From the IMG/VR virus record IMGVR_UViG_3300032315_001715, positions 388,800-452,799 of that record: a stretch of 64,000 bases of DNA; one strand, given 5' to 3'. Shown in pieces: positions 32,617 through 48,700 of this stretch. Under the pieces are notes generated by a model, which saw nothing but the letters and a program-made list of their open reading frames with translations, was not told the DNA's origin and ran no database searches. The position numbers were made by a program, and so were the translations under genes. Each line of letters starts with the position of its first letter. The stretch's first letter is position 1.

Positions 32617-33130
32617 TCTAGGTAATCGCCGTATATTGGACGACGGCACCGTGATTTGTACCAGCGACGCCGTGATGGAAATGCTGTACTCCGGAAAAAG
32701 CATTGCCGGAGTTTTGTGTGAGGATTGGAGAGATGCCGACGAATGGGCCACGGCTTCCAAGGTTTGCGACAACGAATGGCCTGGACCGGTACATGCAACA
32801 GGGAAATACTACCAAGACATTGATTGGTTCCAGCACTGGTTGACCCCAGAGCCATATACCCTCATTGATCTAGGCAGCTGGTGCAGGGAAAGATGCCGCA
32901 CGCCCGACGAACTCAGTCGGGTAGATTTGGAAATCCGTGAGTTTGAAACTCGCGGCATGATTCCCATAATGAAACACCTAATATATTGCGTCGATGTTTG
33001 GCGGCAACACGGCGTCGTATGGGGTGTTGGCCGCGGTAGCTCGGTGTGCTCGTTTGTTTTGCATTTAATTGGCATAAATCGCATAAATCCCATCGAACAC
33101 GGTCTTGATATCGGCGAATGGTTGAAATAA
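32609..33130 (+). CDS. Stand-alone fragment homologous to DNA polymerase III alpha (DnaE) palm region
   Basis: RVDLEIREF..VWGVGRGSSVCSFVLHLIGINRINPI. Confidence 0.75.
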   Translation: MIDLGNRRILDDGTVICTSDAVMEMLYSGKSIAGVLCEDWRDADEWATASKVCDNEWPGPVHATGKYYQDIDWFQHWLTPEPYTLIDLGSWCRERCRTPDELSRVDLEIREFETRGMIPIMKHLIYCVDVWRQHGVVWGVGRGSSVCSFVLHLIGINRINPIEHGLDIGEWLK

Positions 33131-33157
33131 ATACCCACATATAACAAGGAGCCCAAC

Positions 33158-33595
33158 ATGGCAAAAAAGCACTACACGTCATTGGGAGAGCAGATCGACA
33201 TGTCGGCACTCGCCATCAAGCATTCACAAACGGTTGCACTTGGTAACGCTAGGATGAACGCCAGGGGAGACATTCTCGGCAACGGCGGGGTCGTTCTTCG
33301 CACGCAGGAACAGATCGAATCAGAATGGAAGCGCACACAGACCGAGAATCGGGACCTTTCAGGTATTTCCGCAAACATCAAGGATCCGCTGCCAGCGTCG
33401 ATGACCAAGGGTAAAAGGCTCACCGAAGATCGGGATTTTGATCCGGCGGTTGCTGATTCGTCGGTGCCAGCGGCAGCCACACATACCGCTGTTGAAGACC
33501 AAGCAACCAATGGTGCAATCCTCAAGGAATTGGTGGAAAAGCAAGCAACCGGCAACGTTCCCCCACGTCGTCGCAAGATAGTGGATTCAGACTAA
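33158..33595 (+). CDS. Hypothetical protein
   Basis: AAGGAG SD and upstream TAAATA. Confidence 0.7.
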   Translation: MAKKHYTSLGEQIDMSALAIKHSQTVALGNARMNARGDILGNGGVVLRTQEQIESEWKRTQTENRDLSGISANIKDPLPASMTKGKRLTEDRDFDPAVADSSVPAAATHTAVEDQATNGAILKELVEKQATGNVPPRRRKIVDSD

Positions 33596-33909
33596 TGGGA
33601 AAAACCATCAAGGCCTTGCATGACAAGGTGCTGGTCGTCAACATCGAAAACGGCGGTAAGATCACCTCCGGAGGCATCATCATCCCCGATGACAATGGCA
33701 AGGAGCGAGGCATCCGCCCTAGATGGGCTGAGATCTATGCCGTCGGATCTGACATCACGGATCTAACCCCGGGGCAGTGGATACTGATCAGCCACGGTCG
33801 ATGGAGCCGAGGAGTTGACTTTGTTACGGATGCCGGAAAGATCACCCTTCGCCAGGTCGATTATCCCGAGGCCGTGCTGCTGGTTTCCGACACTGATCCT
33901 CTAGCCTAA
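33595..33909 (+). CDS. groES: Co-chaperonin GroES-like
   Basis: IKALHDKVLV..TSGGIIIPD..AEIYAVG. Confidence 0.8.
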   Translation: MGKTIKALHDKVLVVNIENGGKITSGGIIIPDDNGKERGIRPRWAEIYAVGSDITDLTPGQWILISHGRWSRGVDFVTDAGKITLRQVDYPEAVLLVSDTDPLA

Positions 33910-33953
33910 ACAAACACCTTGACACAACCGAGAGGTTGTTACATAGTTGATGT

Positions 33954-34409
33954 ATGATCACCTATGTTCAAGGCGACCTTCTAGGAGCCACCCAAAAGGT
34001 AATAGTCCATGGTACCAATAACCGTGGCGTAATGGGATCTGGCGTGGCCCGCCAGATCCGAGCTAGATGGCCAAACGTCTATGAGGTATATGCACTCAAG
34101 CACAAGGTCTTTGGCCTTGATCTGGGAGACGTGATACCGGTAGCAACGCTGGATGGCAAGGTCATCGTCAATGCCGTGACGCAGGACGGATTTGGTCGGG
34201 ATGGTCAACGATATGTTGACTATGCTGCCATCGAGCGATGCTTTGAGATCATCAACGATAAGGTACATGCCTGGGAGGTCACCGAGGTGGCATTTCCTTT
34301 TATCGGTGCAGGCCTCGGAGGAGGAGACTGGAAGATCATAGAAGAGATTCTCACCCGAACTGCAACGTTTTATACACCGGTGGTCTATGATTTCCAGGTA
34401 GATCCGTGA
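33954..34409 (+). CDS. Macrodomain protein
   Basis: GDLL..IVHGTNNRGVMGSGVA..VAFPFIGAGLGGGDW. Confidence 0.9.
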   Translation: MITYVQGDLLGATQKVIVHGTNNRGVMGSGVARQIRARWPNVYEVYALKHKVFGLDLGDVIPVATLDGKVIVNAVTQDGFGRDGQRYVDYAAIERCFEIINDKVHAWEVTEVAFPFIGAGLGGGDWKIIEEILTRTATFYTPVVYDFQVDP

Positions 34410-34437
34410 TATGCTTGCGTTCAAACAGGGGATTTAG

Positions 34438-35370
34438 ATGAGCATCAAAAATAATTTATGGACTGAGCGCTATCGCCCAATCAAGCTAGACGACTATGTA
34501 TGGATCGATGACGATCAGAAGCGAGAAGTTGAAGGCTGGGTTGCTGAAAAAGAAATCCCACATATCCTATTAAGTGGTGGTCCGGGCTGCGGTAAGACCA
34601 GCCTTGCTAAAATGGTCCTCAAGGAAATGGGAGTGGATGACAGCGACGTCAAGTATGTCAACGCATCGATGATGACCGGTATCGATGGCATGCGCGACCT
34701 CGTTGGATTCTGTGAAACCATGCCTAGCGGTGATTTTCGATATGTGTTGCTTGACGAAGCTGATCGTCTGAGCCCACAGGCACAGGACTCACTCAAGAAC
34801 ATGATAGAGGAATACAGCTCAATATGCCGCTGGATCCTTACCACCAATCGACCACACAAGATATTTGGTCCGATACATTCTCGTGTGCAGGGCTTCCATG
34901 TCGAGGCATTGGACCGGGAACAGTTCGTTACACGGGTGGGAACAATTCTTCTCACCGAGGGCGTTGATCTCAATGAACAAAATCTCGAAATACTTGATGA
35001 ATATGTCACGGTCACATACCCTGATCTTCGCAAGTGTCTCAACATGCTACAGCAAAATTGCAAGGATGGCGAGCTGCGTCGACCCAAGAAATCCGGCGGC
35101 GGTGTGGCTGAATACATGATCGAGGCCGTTTCCCTGTTCAAGAACGGTAAGATCCATGAGGCTCGCAAATTGGTATGCGCTAATGCAAGCGATGCTGATT
35201 ACGAGGAGATTTATCGGCTGCTGTATCGCAATCTCGAATGGTGGGGTCGTGATGACGATACACAAAATCGTGCGGTGGTGATCATTGCCAACCGGCTAAA
35301 GGATCATGCACTGGTAGCAGATCCTGAAATTGCCATGGCAGCATGCTTGATTGAATTATCGATGCTGTGA
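34438..35370 (+). CDS. Clamp loader small subunit (RFC/T4 gp44-like AAA+)
   Basis: LWTERYRP, GGPGCGKT, LLDEAD, IHSR, YPDLRK. Confidence 0.9.
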   Translation: MSIKNNLWTERYRPIKLDDYVWIDDDQKREVEGWVAEKEIPHILLSGGPGCGKTSLAKMVLKEMGVDDSDVKYVNASMMTGIDGMRDLVGFCETMPSGDFRYVLLDEADRLSPQAQDSLKNMIEEYSSICRWILTTNRPHKIFGPIHSRVQGFHVEALDREQFVTRVGTILLTEGVDLNEQNLEILDEYVTVTYPDLRKCLNMLQQNCKDGELRRPKKSGGGVAEYMIEAVSLFKNGKIHEARKLVCANASDADYEEIYRLLYRNLEWWGRDDDTQNRAVVIIANRLKDHALVADPEIAMAACLIELSML

Positions 35371-35388
35371 TGATTTATTAAAAATCCA

Positions 35389-35419
35389 TGTGCTGTATGT
35401 GGATATCACATACAGCACA
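35389..35419. terminator. 13-bp hairpin between convergent gene blocks
   Basis: tgtgctgtatgtg-gatat-cacatacagcaca. Confidence 0.65.
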
Positions 35420-35529
35420 ATATGAAATGATTATTGTGGTATCTCTAGCCAAATGACTTCCCAGGGAAAACCAGATTAGGCGGTGATATCACGCAATGCT
35501 TGGCGATAAACGGTTCGAAGGCTGACCAG

Positions 35530-36006
35530 TTATAAACTACTGTCACTGTGGGGAGCCTCCGGCCACATAATGTTTAGGGGGAATTCGGGCTGGTCAGGAA
35601 GGTCTCTAAGGGCTTGACGATAAGCTGCCCAAGCAGCTTTGTCCACTGGTGCATCCGCTACTTGTGTCCAATCACAAGCGGTGAGCCTAGCGTTGCGTTG
35701 GTTGCGGATCAATGTTGCAATGTTTATATCTACCGTGCTTTTCTCTTGGTCAGTCATAGGCACAACTGCAAAAGTCTGCCTCCAGATTCCGTATTCATTT
35801 CGAACAGGAGCAACCTCTACCGTTTTTTCGTAGCGTCCTGTATCGGGCGTATTGGAAAAATCGTAAATGCCATAACCCAACGATTCTACTGTATCTGCTG
35901 TGAAATAGTTTGGAAACGATGTGTATGGAAAGAGTTGCCGGAAATTTTCCTCTGCAATTGGATAACCCACAGGTTGCCCGTCTAGTAACTGAATGAATAA
36001 TGTCAT
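35530..36006 (-). CDS. Tail fibre assembly chaperone-like protein
   Basis: RNARLTACDWTQ..WAAYRQALRDLP..FP..WP. Confidence 0.8.
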   Translation of the reverse strand: MTLFIQLLDGQPVGYPIAEENFRQLFPYTSFPNYFTADTVESLGYGIYDFSNTPDTGRYEKTVEVAPVRNEYGIWRQTFAVVPMTDQEKSTVDINIATLIRNQRNARLTACDWTQVADAPVDKAAWAAYRQALRDLPDQPEFPLNIMWPEAPHSDSSL

Positions 36007-36977
36007 CACACATTCCCCGTGTTGGTTGATGGAAATTGCCGTGTGGTTCCTGGCCAAATTATGCGTACTGCGCCCACACCGCCATTTCCACCTACAGATG
36101 TACCCGAACTAGCGTTTCCAGATCCGCCGCCTCCACCATATGATCCACCGTCGCCACCAAACTGACTTCCCAAGTTTACAGGTACAAATCCGTTGGTGCC
36201 GCCTGAACCTGCTTGTCCCACCATTGTGGCATCAGGAGATGCTGATGTAAGATCCGTAGTGCCTGCCGCCCCGTTTGAGCCTGATCCTAATATACCCACA
36301 CCTCCTCCACCGGCGCCACCATAGTTGATGGTACCGGTTGAAGTTGCCATACCAGCACCGCCACCACCGCCACCTCCGGAGCCTGCAGTGGGTTGAACAT
36401 ATGTACCGTTACTTGCTAGACTTCCGGCTCCTGCACCGCCGGTGCCGCTATACCCTCCGGCACCTCCACCCCCCGATGACATATAACTTGAATCACCACC
36501 AGCATTGGCAGAATAATTACCTGCACTGATTCCACCTGTGCCACCACCATCAAAAGTCCCAGAAGCTACCCCACCTGAGGGGGCTGTGGCAGATGAGTTT
36601 CCCGAACCGTGCTGCCCACCTGTTGCGCTCACCGTGATAACACCATTAGAGAATGAACTAGTTCCACCAGTATAGGGTGTGCCCAAACTACCTGCTGCTG
36701 TAGCCTGTGATGTGCCGGCAGGCAGTCCTGTGCCGCGTGCACCTACAATTACCGTATAAGATTGGTTGGGAACCACCGCGATATTATTTTTATATGCCAG
36801 GCCTCCCCCTGCTCCACCAGAACCAAAGTAGTTTCCCCCACCCCCGCCGCCCCCAACAACCACCACAGAAACGGAAGTTACTCCTGCGGGTGCAGTCCAG
36901 CTAAATGTGCCTGCAGTTGTGTATGCCTGCTGTCCACTTACAATACTGGTGACTCCAGATGTACTAGCGCCAAACAT
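36006..36977 (-). CDS. Glycine-rich virion protein
   Basis: WTAPAGVTSVSVVVVGGGGGG..GAVRIIW. Confidence 0.75.
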   Translation of the reverse strand: MFGASTSGVTSIVSGQQAYTTAGTFSWTAPAGVTSVSVVVVGGGGGGGNYFGSGGAGGGLAYKNNIAVVPNQSYTVIVGARGTGLPAGTSQATAAGSLGTPYTGGTSSFSNGVITVSATGGQHGSGNSSATAPSGGVASGTFDGGGTGGISAGNYSANAGGDSSYMSSGGGGAGGYSGTGGAGAGSLASNGTYVQPTAGSGGGGGGGAGMATSTGTINYGGAGGGGVGILGSGSNGAAGTTDLTSASPDATMVGQAGSGGTNGFVPVNLGSQFGGDGGSYGGGGGSGNASSGTSVGGNGGVGAVRIIWPGTTRQFPSTNTGNV

Positions 36978-37501
36978 TATAGATAATTCTGCCCTGCGTT
37001 TGATCCCCACCAATATAGACCATCAGCAGTGAACACAAACTTGTCTCCTTTGCTGGCAGTAGCAGTGATTGTGGGTGCTGAGGAACTGGGCCACTTGACT
37101 GATGCTGGCCAAGTAGCGCTGCGGCTACCAGTGGCGTCTTGTTGCAAGAACAAGGTAAACGACTTTCCCACCGTGGGTGTGGGGAAAGTGAATGTGCAGT
37201 TGCCTGTCAATGTCAAAATTTGTAGTGTGCCAGTGGTCAAATCAATGGTATAAGCAGTGCCAGTGTTGGCAGCCAAGGTTTTTTCCGTGTATCCACCGTT
37301 CACATCTAGATTACCTGATATGGTCAATCCGCCTGTGGAGGTGAAAACTGGTATCTCCTGGTATGACAGACTAGTGCCAGATGACACCAACCTTTTATAC
37401 AACTTGTTGGTGGTGGTGTTAAAATATTCATCTCCCACATCGCCAGTGACTGGAGCAGAAGTGGATGGCAAATGTTTCACATAATCCTTGGATGACATCA
37501 A
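36977..37501 (-). CDS. Virion structural protein
   Basis: LFLQQDATGSR..WPASVKWP fibre-tip-like motif. Confidence 0.7.
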   Translation of the reverse strand: MMSSKDYVKHLPSTSAPVTGDVGDEYFNTTTNKLYKRLVSSGTSLSYQEIPVFTSTGGLTISGNLDVNGGYTEKTLAANTGTAYTIDLTTGTLQILTLTGNCTFTFPTPTVGKSFTLFLQQDATGSRSATWPASVKWPSSSAPTITATASKGDKFVFTADGLYWWGSNAGQNYL

Positions 37502-37520
37502 TCGTTCCTATGGGTTAGCA

Positions 37521-40403
37521 TTAAGCCTGTGCTTCTTTCCAGGCCAAGCGGGCTGCAACTGATGCGTTAGTCGCCAACGGAGTCACGCATACTGTGATGA
37601 TATCCGGGCCGTCTGGAAAGATGTTTGCAGGAGTGGTGGGAGCAGTCAGGGTGTTTCCTCCGCCCAAAATACTGTTACCAATATCACGAATCTCACTTAA
37701 ACTCGATGTAGTAACAGAATTAATTGGCACAATAGATGTGTAGATTGATTCACCACCTGAGATTGTGGCAGTATTTCCGTGTGTTGCAAATTGTGCCAGA
37801 CTGGAGCCACCCACGGCAGCAAATGTGCCTGTGCTCACCCTACCATTTAAAAGCAATTCCACACGCACAGCAGCAGTGGTTGTATAAACACCAATACTGG
37901 CGGGTGCCAATTGCATGCGATTGATGATTTCTCTTGCACCCAGCAAACCGGTACTACCATTGTCCACAGTGGGTGCTAGTCGGATACTGAACACGGGATA
38001 ACGGGTGCCTGCTGTGGCATAGATAGACTGTGTGTTTTGACCATAGTTGAACAAGAATGATTTATCATCGTCATAGCGTCCGTCCATGATCACCGAACTA
38101 CCCCAGTGACTGATTGTGCTGGCAACCTGTGGACTGTACAATTCCACCATCACAGGTGCTGTGCCACCCGGGTTGCCCGCAGTGGCACCAGTCACAGTGA
38201 ATGTGGTGGCTGTGGTACCGCCTGTTTGTGCTCTAGCCGCAATGGTCAAAGTGGTGGCAGTTTTGGCACTATATGTTATGTATTCAATTGCACCAGCTGT
38301 GGCGGCGGGTGTGTACAATACTGCTGTGCCACTGGGAGGCCAGCCTGTGGTGTCTGCCACACTGATGGTTCCACCCGTGCTGGTGGCACTGGACAAGGTG
38401 GCTGTCAGGTATGTGTAATAGGACAAGTGATTTACTTCGTATCGTGCGGGCAGGTTACCTGACCGCATGTATGCTTCTGTGTTCACGTTGTTGTTGGGAA
38501 TTCTGTGGCAATATATGACCTCGCCACGATTATTTTTAAATCCAAATCGCACCGCGCCCGCACCATACCAGGTATAGTCTGCATAGAACATCTGCATCTT
38601 GGTCAGGTCCAAATTGAATTGACTTGCACCAGTTCCGTCGCATTTATCAATATTCCATGCACTTTGTGGATATCTGGTGTTAATAGTTTTGCTTAAAATA
38701 CCAGCGGCTAGGGTGGTTCCGCGGTATTCGGGATAGATATACATCTGTGTGTCGCTGGTGATTCCAGTAACCAAATAACTCATTCCACGGATAACAACAA
38801 AATCTCCTTGTTTTAGCTGCTGGCTAAATTTTGTAGCAGTGCCAACCACAGATTGTACACCGTTGCTGACTGCGATTTTTCCAGCCAGCTGGGTGGTGCT
38901 GGATCGTTCAACTGCAAACAGTGTCTGCCCATCGTATTCAAAATAGAATCCATTTTGACTGTCAAACATACCCAAGCGGTTGGATGCACCATACCATGTG
39001 AAGGGGCCCACAATGATGTTGGTGCCAGTGGCAGGTGAAGCACTGGGCGTGGATCCAGCAGTGTAGGTGAATGTCAATTGAGTGGCTGCAGATACAACTG
39101 TAAAGGTTCCATTATAGGCTGTTTCGTTACAGCCAGACACTCTGACCACTGCGCCAGCGAATAAACCATGGGGGTATTTTGTGGTCACGGTGACAGTTGC
39201 GCCTGAGCTGGTTACGTTATCCAGTGCCAGTGTGGGCTTGACAATGCTGCCAGTGGAGAATTGAATGCCTTTGCCACTCTGATAACGGAATTGGCGACGG
39301 GTTTGACGCATGACCTGATAACCATGGTAGGGGATCACGTTGGTGAATTGCACACCACCATCGAACGGTCTGTGTTCCACATAACCCAGTGCTCGGGGGT
39401 ACAAGCTGGCATTTGCACCTGCTGCTAGTGTTACTGTGCCTGTGGCAGTTGTGGCAAATGTGAACACGCTGTTGGACGGGGTTGTGGCCACAATCCAGCT
39501 GGAGTTGATGGTGCCTGCTGCGGTGCCTGATCCACTGGTGCCCGTGGTGCCGTTGATGTAAACTGAATCACCCACCCTCAAGCCGTGCGCATATGTGGTG
39601 GTCACAGTGCCCACTGAGCCGCTGAGTGAGATGCTGGTACAGGGAATACCTGCACCGGTGTAGAAAAATGCAGGATAAAAGTATGTTTTTGTTGCATCAT
39701 ATAATGCTGCGGCTGGGGCGGTGGTGCATGTAAACTGAATGTTGGTGTTGGAGTTCACCACCTCAATTATCCACCATCCATCTGCGTTGGCCACATCCAA
39801 AGTACCAAAAATGAAAAATGGAGTGCCCACTGTGAGGCCAGTGGTGTTGGGCATGGCCACGGTGACGGTTCTACCGCTTGCGGTCACGTTGGTGATGCTG
39901 TAGTTGCTGGCATTTGAGCCATTGAATACTACTGGCTGTGCTGTGCTGGTTATTGGTTGGGTGGGATCATAAAATGCACTGGGACGATTGTTTAGCAGGT
40001 TTAGGCTTTCCCATTTAGTGCTTTGTAAACCATATTCAAAGTCCGTGTCAATCAATGACTGTGGTGTGGACACACGCAATTTATCCACCGGGTCACGCAA
40101 CACCTCTGAGGGCGTGATTTCCTGATAAGTTTCTTCCACCAATATAGAAATCTTGTCAGTTGAGTTCATTGAACCAGTGGCATAACTTAGAACAATTGTG
40201 GCAGTTTCCTGCCCTGTGGTTGCGTCCACAGTGTTGGTGACAGTTCCCATCAGACTGGGATCACTGAAGTTATAGATGACTGTGCCTGTGGTCACGTTGG
40301 TGATCAACAACAACTGTTCCTTGCGGATGTTTTTACCTGTGACCACCACGGTTTTTGTGCTGGGGGTAAATGTATAGCTTTCCAGTATTACGTGCTTTGC
40401 CAT
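37521..40403 (-). CDS. 960-aa virion structural protein
   Basis: Long Thr-rich ORF; repeated VTVTT.YPHGL beta modules. Confidence 0.75.
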   Translation of the reverse strand: MAKHVILESYTFTPSTKTVVVTGKNIRKEQLLLITNVTTGTVIYNFSDPSLMGTVTNTVDATTGQETATIVLSYATGSMNSTDKISILVEETYQEITPSEVLRDPVDKLRVSTPQSLIDTDFEYGLQSTKWESLNLLNNRPSAFYDPTQPITSTAQPVVFNGSNASNYSITNVTASGRTVTVAMPNTTGLTVGTPFFIFGTLDVANADGWWIIEVVNSNTNIQFTCTTAPAAALYDATKTYFYPAFFYTGAGIPCTSISLSGSVGTVTTTYAHGLRVGDSVYINGTTGTSGSGTAAGTINSSWIVATTPSNSVFTFATTATGTVTLAAGANASLYPRALGYVEHRPFDGGVQFTNVIPYHGYQVMRQTRRQFRYQSGKGIQFSTGSIVKPTLALDNVTSSGATVTVTTKYPHGLFAGAVVRVSGCNETAYNGTFTVVSAATQLTFTYTAGSTPSASPATGTNIIVGPFTWYGASNRLGMFDSQNGFYFEYDGQTLFAVERSSTTQLAGKIAVSNGVQSVVGTATKFSQQLKQGDFVVIRGMSYLVTGITSDTQMYIYPEYRGTTLAAGILSKTINTRYPQSAWNIDKCDGTGASQFNLDLTKMQMFYADYTWYGAGAVRFGFKNNRGEVIYCHRIPNNNVNTEAYMRSGNLPARYEVNHLSYYTYLTATLSSATSTGGTISVADTTGWPPSGTAVLYTPAATAGAIEYITYSAKTATTLTIAARAQTGGTTATTFTVTGATAGNPGGTAPVMVELYSPQVASTISHWGSSVIMDGRYDDDKSFLFNYGQNTQSIYATAGTRYPVFSIRLAPTVDNGSTGLLGAREIINRMQLAPASIGVYTTTAAVRVELLLNGRVSTGTFAAVGGSSLAQFATHGNTATISGGESIYTSIVPINSVTTSSLSEIRDIGNSILGGGNTLTAPTTPANIFPDGPDIITVCVTPLATNASVAARLAWKEAQA

Positions 40404-40409
40404 TTTAAA

Positions 40410-41018
40410 TTAATCTCCTAACGCGATCGTTGTTGCTGAATATGGATACGATCTTGTTTGTTTGCTTGCTGATATACTTAGCTGTGTTACTGATATCTGA
40501 GATCCAACATCTGGCGCATTGTAAATAACCAACTGATTTGCCGTTGTCCCCGTGGTAACCACGGCAAATCCTTTGTTATTAATGAACGTGTTAATCCAAG
40601 GATACGTTCTTTCCGTCACATATGGAGGGATCATTCTTCCGTTTACAACAACCTGTAAATCCTTGTTATCAACTATTCCGGTTACGGCGGTTTGATCGAT
40701 CAATAACGGGAACACCGCTTTTAGGCCGTCTGCCTGATTGGAAATATCGTTGAGTACCAGCGGTAATCCTGTTCGTAGGATTATTGTACCGCCAACATAC
40801 AGGTTTCCGCTGATGCTAGCGTCGCCAAATGCTGATAGCGTGTTACCAGTGGTGATGGTGGTGGCGGTTCCAATGCCTACGTTGCCGGTAGAACTGATGA
40901 TGATTGACCCAACAGCACGAACGTTACTGCCGTCACCAACCGACAACACTGATCCCTGCGCATACGTGACGTTGCCGTCCGATGCATATAGGCTCGATAG
41001 TGGTACGTTATATGCCAT
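40410..41018 (-). CDS. Virion/fibre-associated protein
   Basis: NVGIGT motif; upstream TAAATA. Confidence 0.65.
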   Translation of the reverse strand: MAYNVPLSSLYASDGNVTYAQGSVLSVGDGSNVRAVGSIIISSTGNVGIGTATTITTGNTLSAFGDASISGNLYVGGTIILRTGLPLVLNDISNQADGLKAVFPLLIDQTAVTGIVDNKDLQVVVNGRMIPPYVTERTYPWINTFINNKGFAVVTTGTTANQLVIYNAPDVGSQISVTQLSISASKQTRSYPYSATTIALGD

Positions 41019-41073
41019 GGCTGTTTTCCAGATGTATTGATATATTTACCAGCATAAACTCCCGATGATCATT

Positions 41074-48093
<7,020 letters not shown>

Positions 48094-48225
48094 GAACTTC
48101 CCTTTCCATCCTTGGCGATGTGTTAATTAGTATTTATGAGATAACACTTGCCGTGGCAAGCTCAGTCGTGGTTATATGAATCGGATCTGCCGAGATTTAA
48201 AATGGACCGTTGATGAGGGTCCTGG

Positions 48226-48687
48226 TTAACCTTGTTCAGGTTTGGCGGGCCATGTGATATCCCAGGGAAATCCTGGTTGGCCCGGAAGGTCTCTCAGAGA
48301 TTGTCGATAGTGTTTCCACGTCGGATCGATCGCTGCATCGTTTTCCAATGCTTTCAGCACCACCCAGTCCGTGTTGGTTAGCAAAAGGTCTCGGTTTTGT
48401 CTCACGGCTTGTGCATGGGTTTGATCAAGAATAGCTCTAGCTTCCGTGGATAAATCAATCGCTACCCAGTTTGTGTACCATTTACCTTCAGCTTGTATCA
48501 CACCCTGCATCGCTGCTGTTTGATATCTAGAAAGTGTTGGCTGAGGTCCTTCAAACACCGGATCCGCGTTGAGAAGTTCCAGGATCTCTGGTGTGAGCTG
48601 ATCAAATGATGGACCACCGTTGGACAGAATCCATCTACGCCACTCGTCATCATAAAATACTTGACCAGTTTGTCTGTCTCTAATCAT
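48226..48687 (-). CDS. Tail fibre assembly chaperone-like protein
   Basis: RDLLLTNTDW..WKHYRQSLRDLP..FPWDITWP; paralogue of 35530..36006. Confidence 0.8.
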   Translation of the reverse strand: MIRDRQTGQVFYDDEWRRWILSNGGPSFDQLTPEILELLNADPVFEGPQPTLSRYQTAAMQGVIQAEGKWYTNWVAIDLSTEARAILDQTHAQAVRQNRDLLLTNTDWVVLKALENDAAIDPTWKHYRQSLRDLPGQPGFPWDITWPAKPEQG

Positions 48688-48700
48688 TGGATGTATCCTT

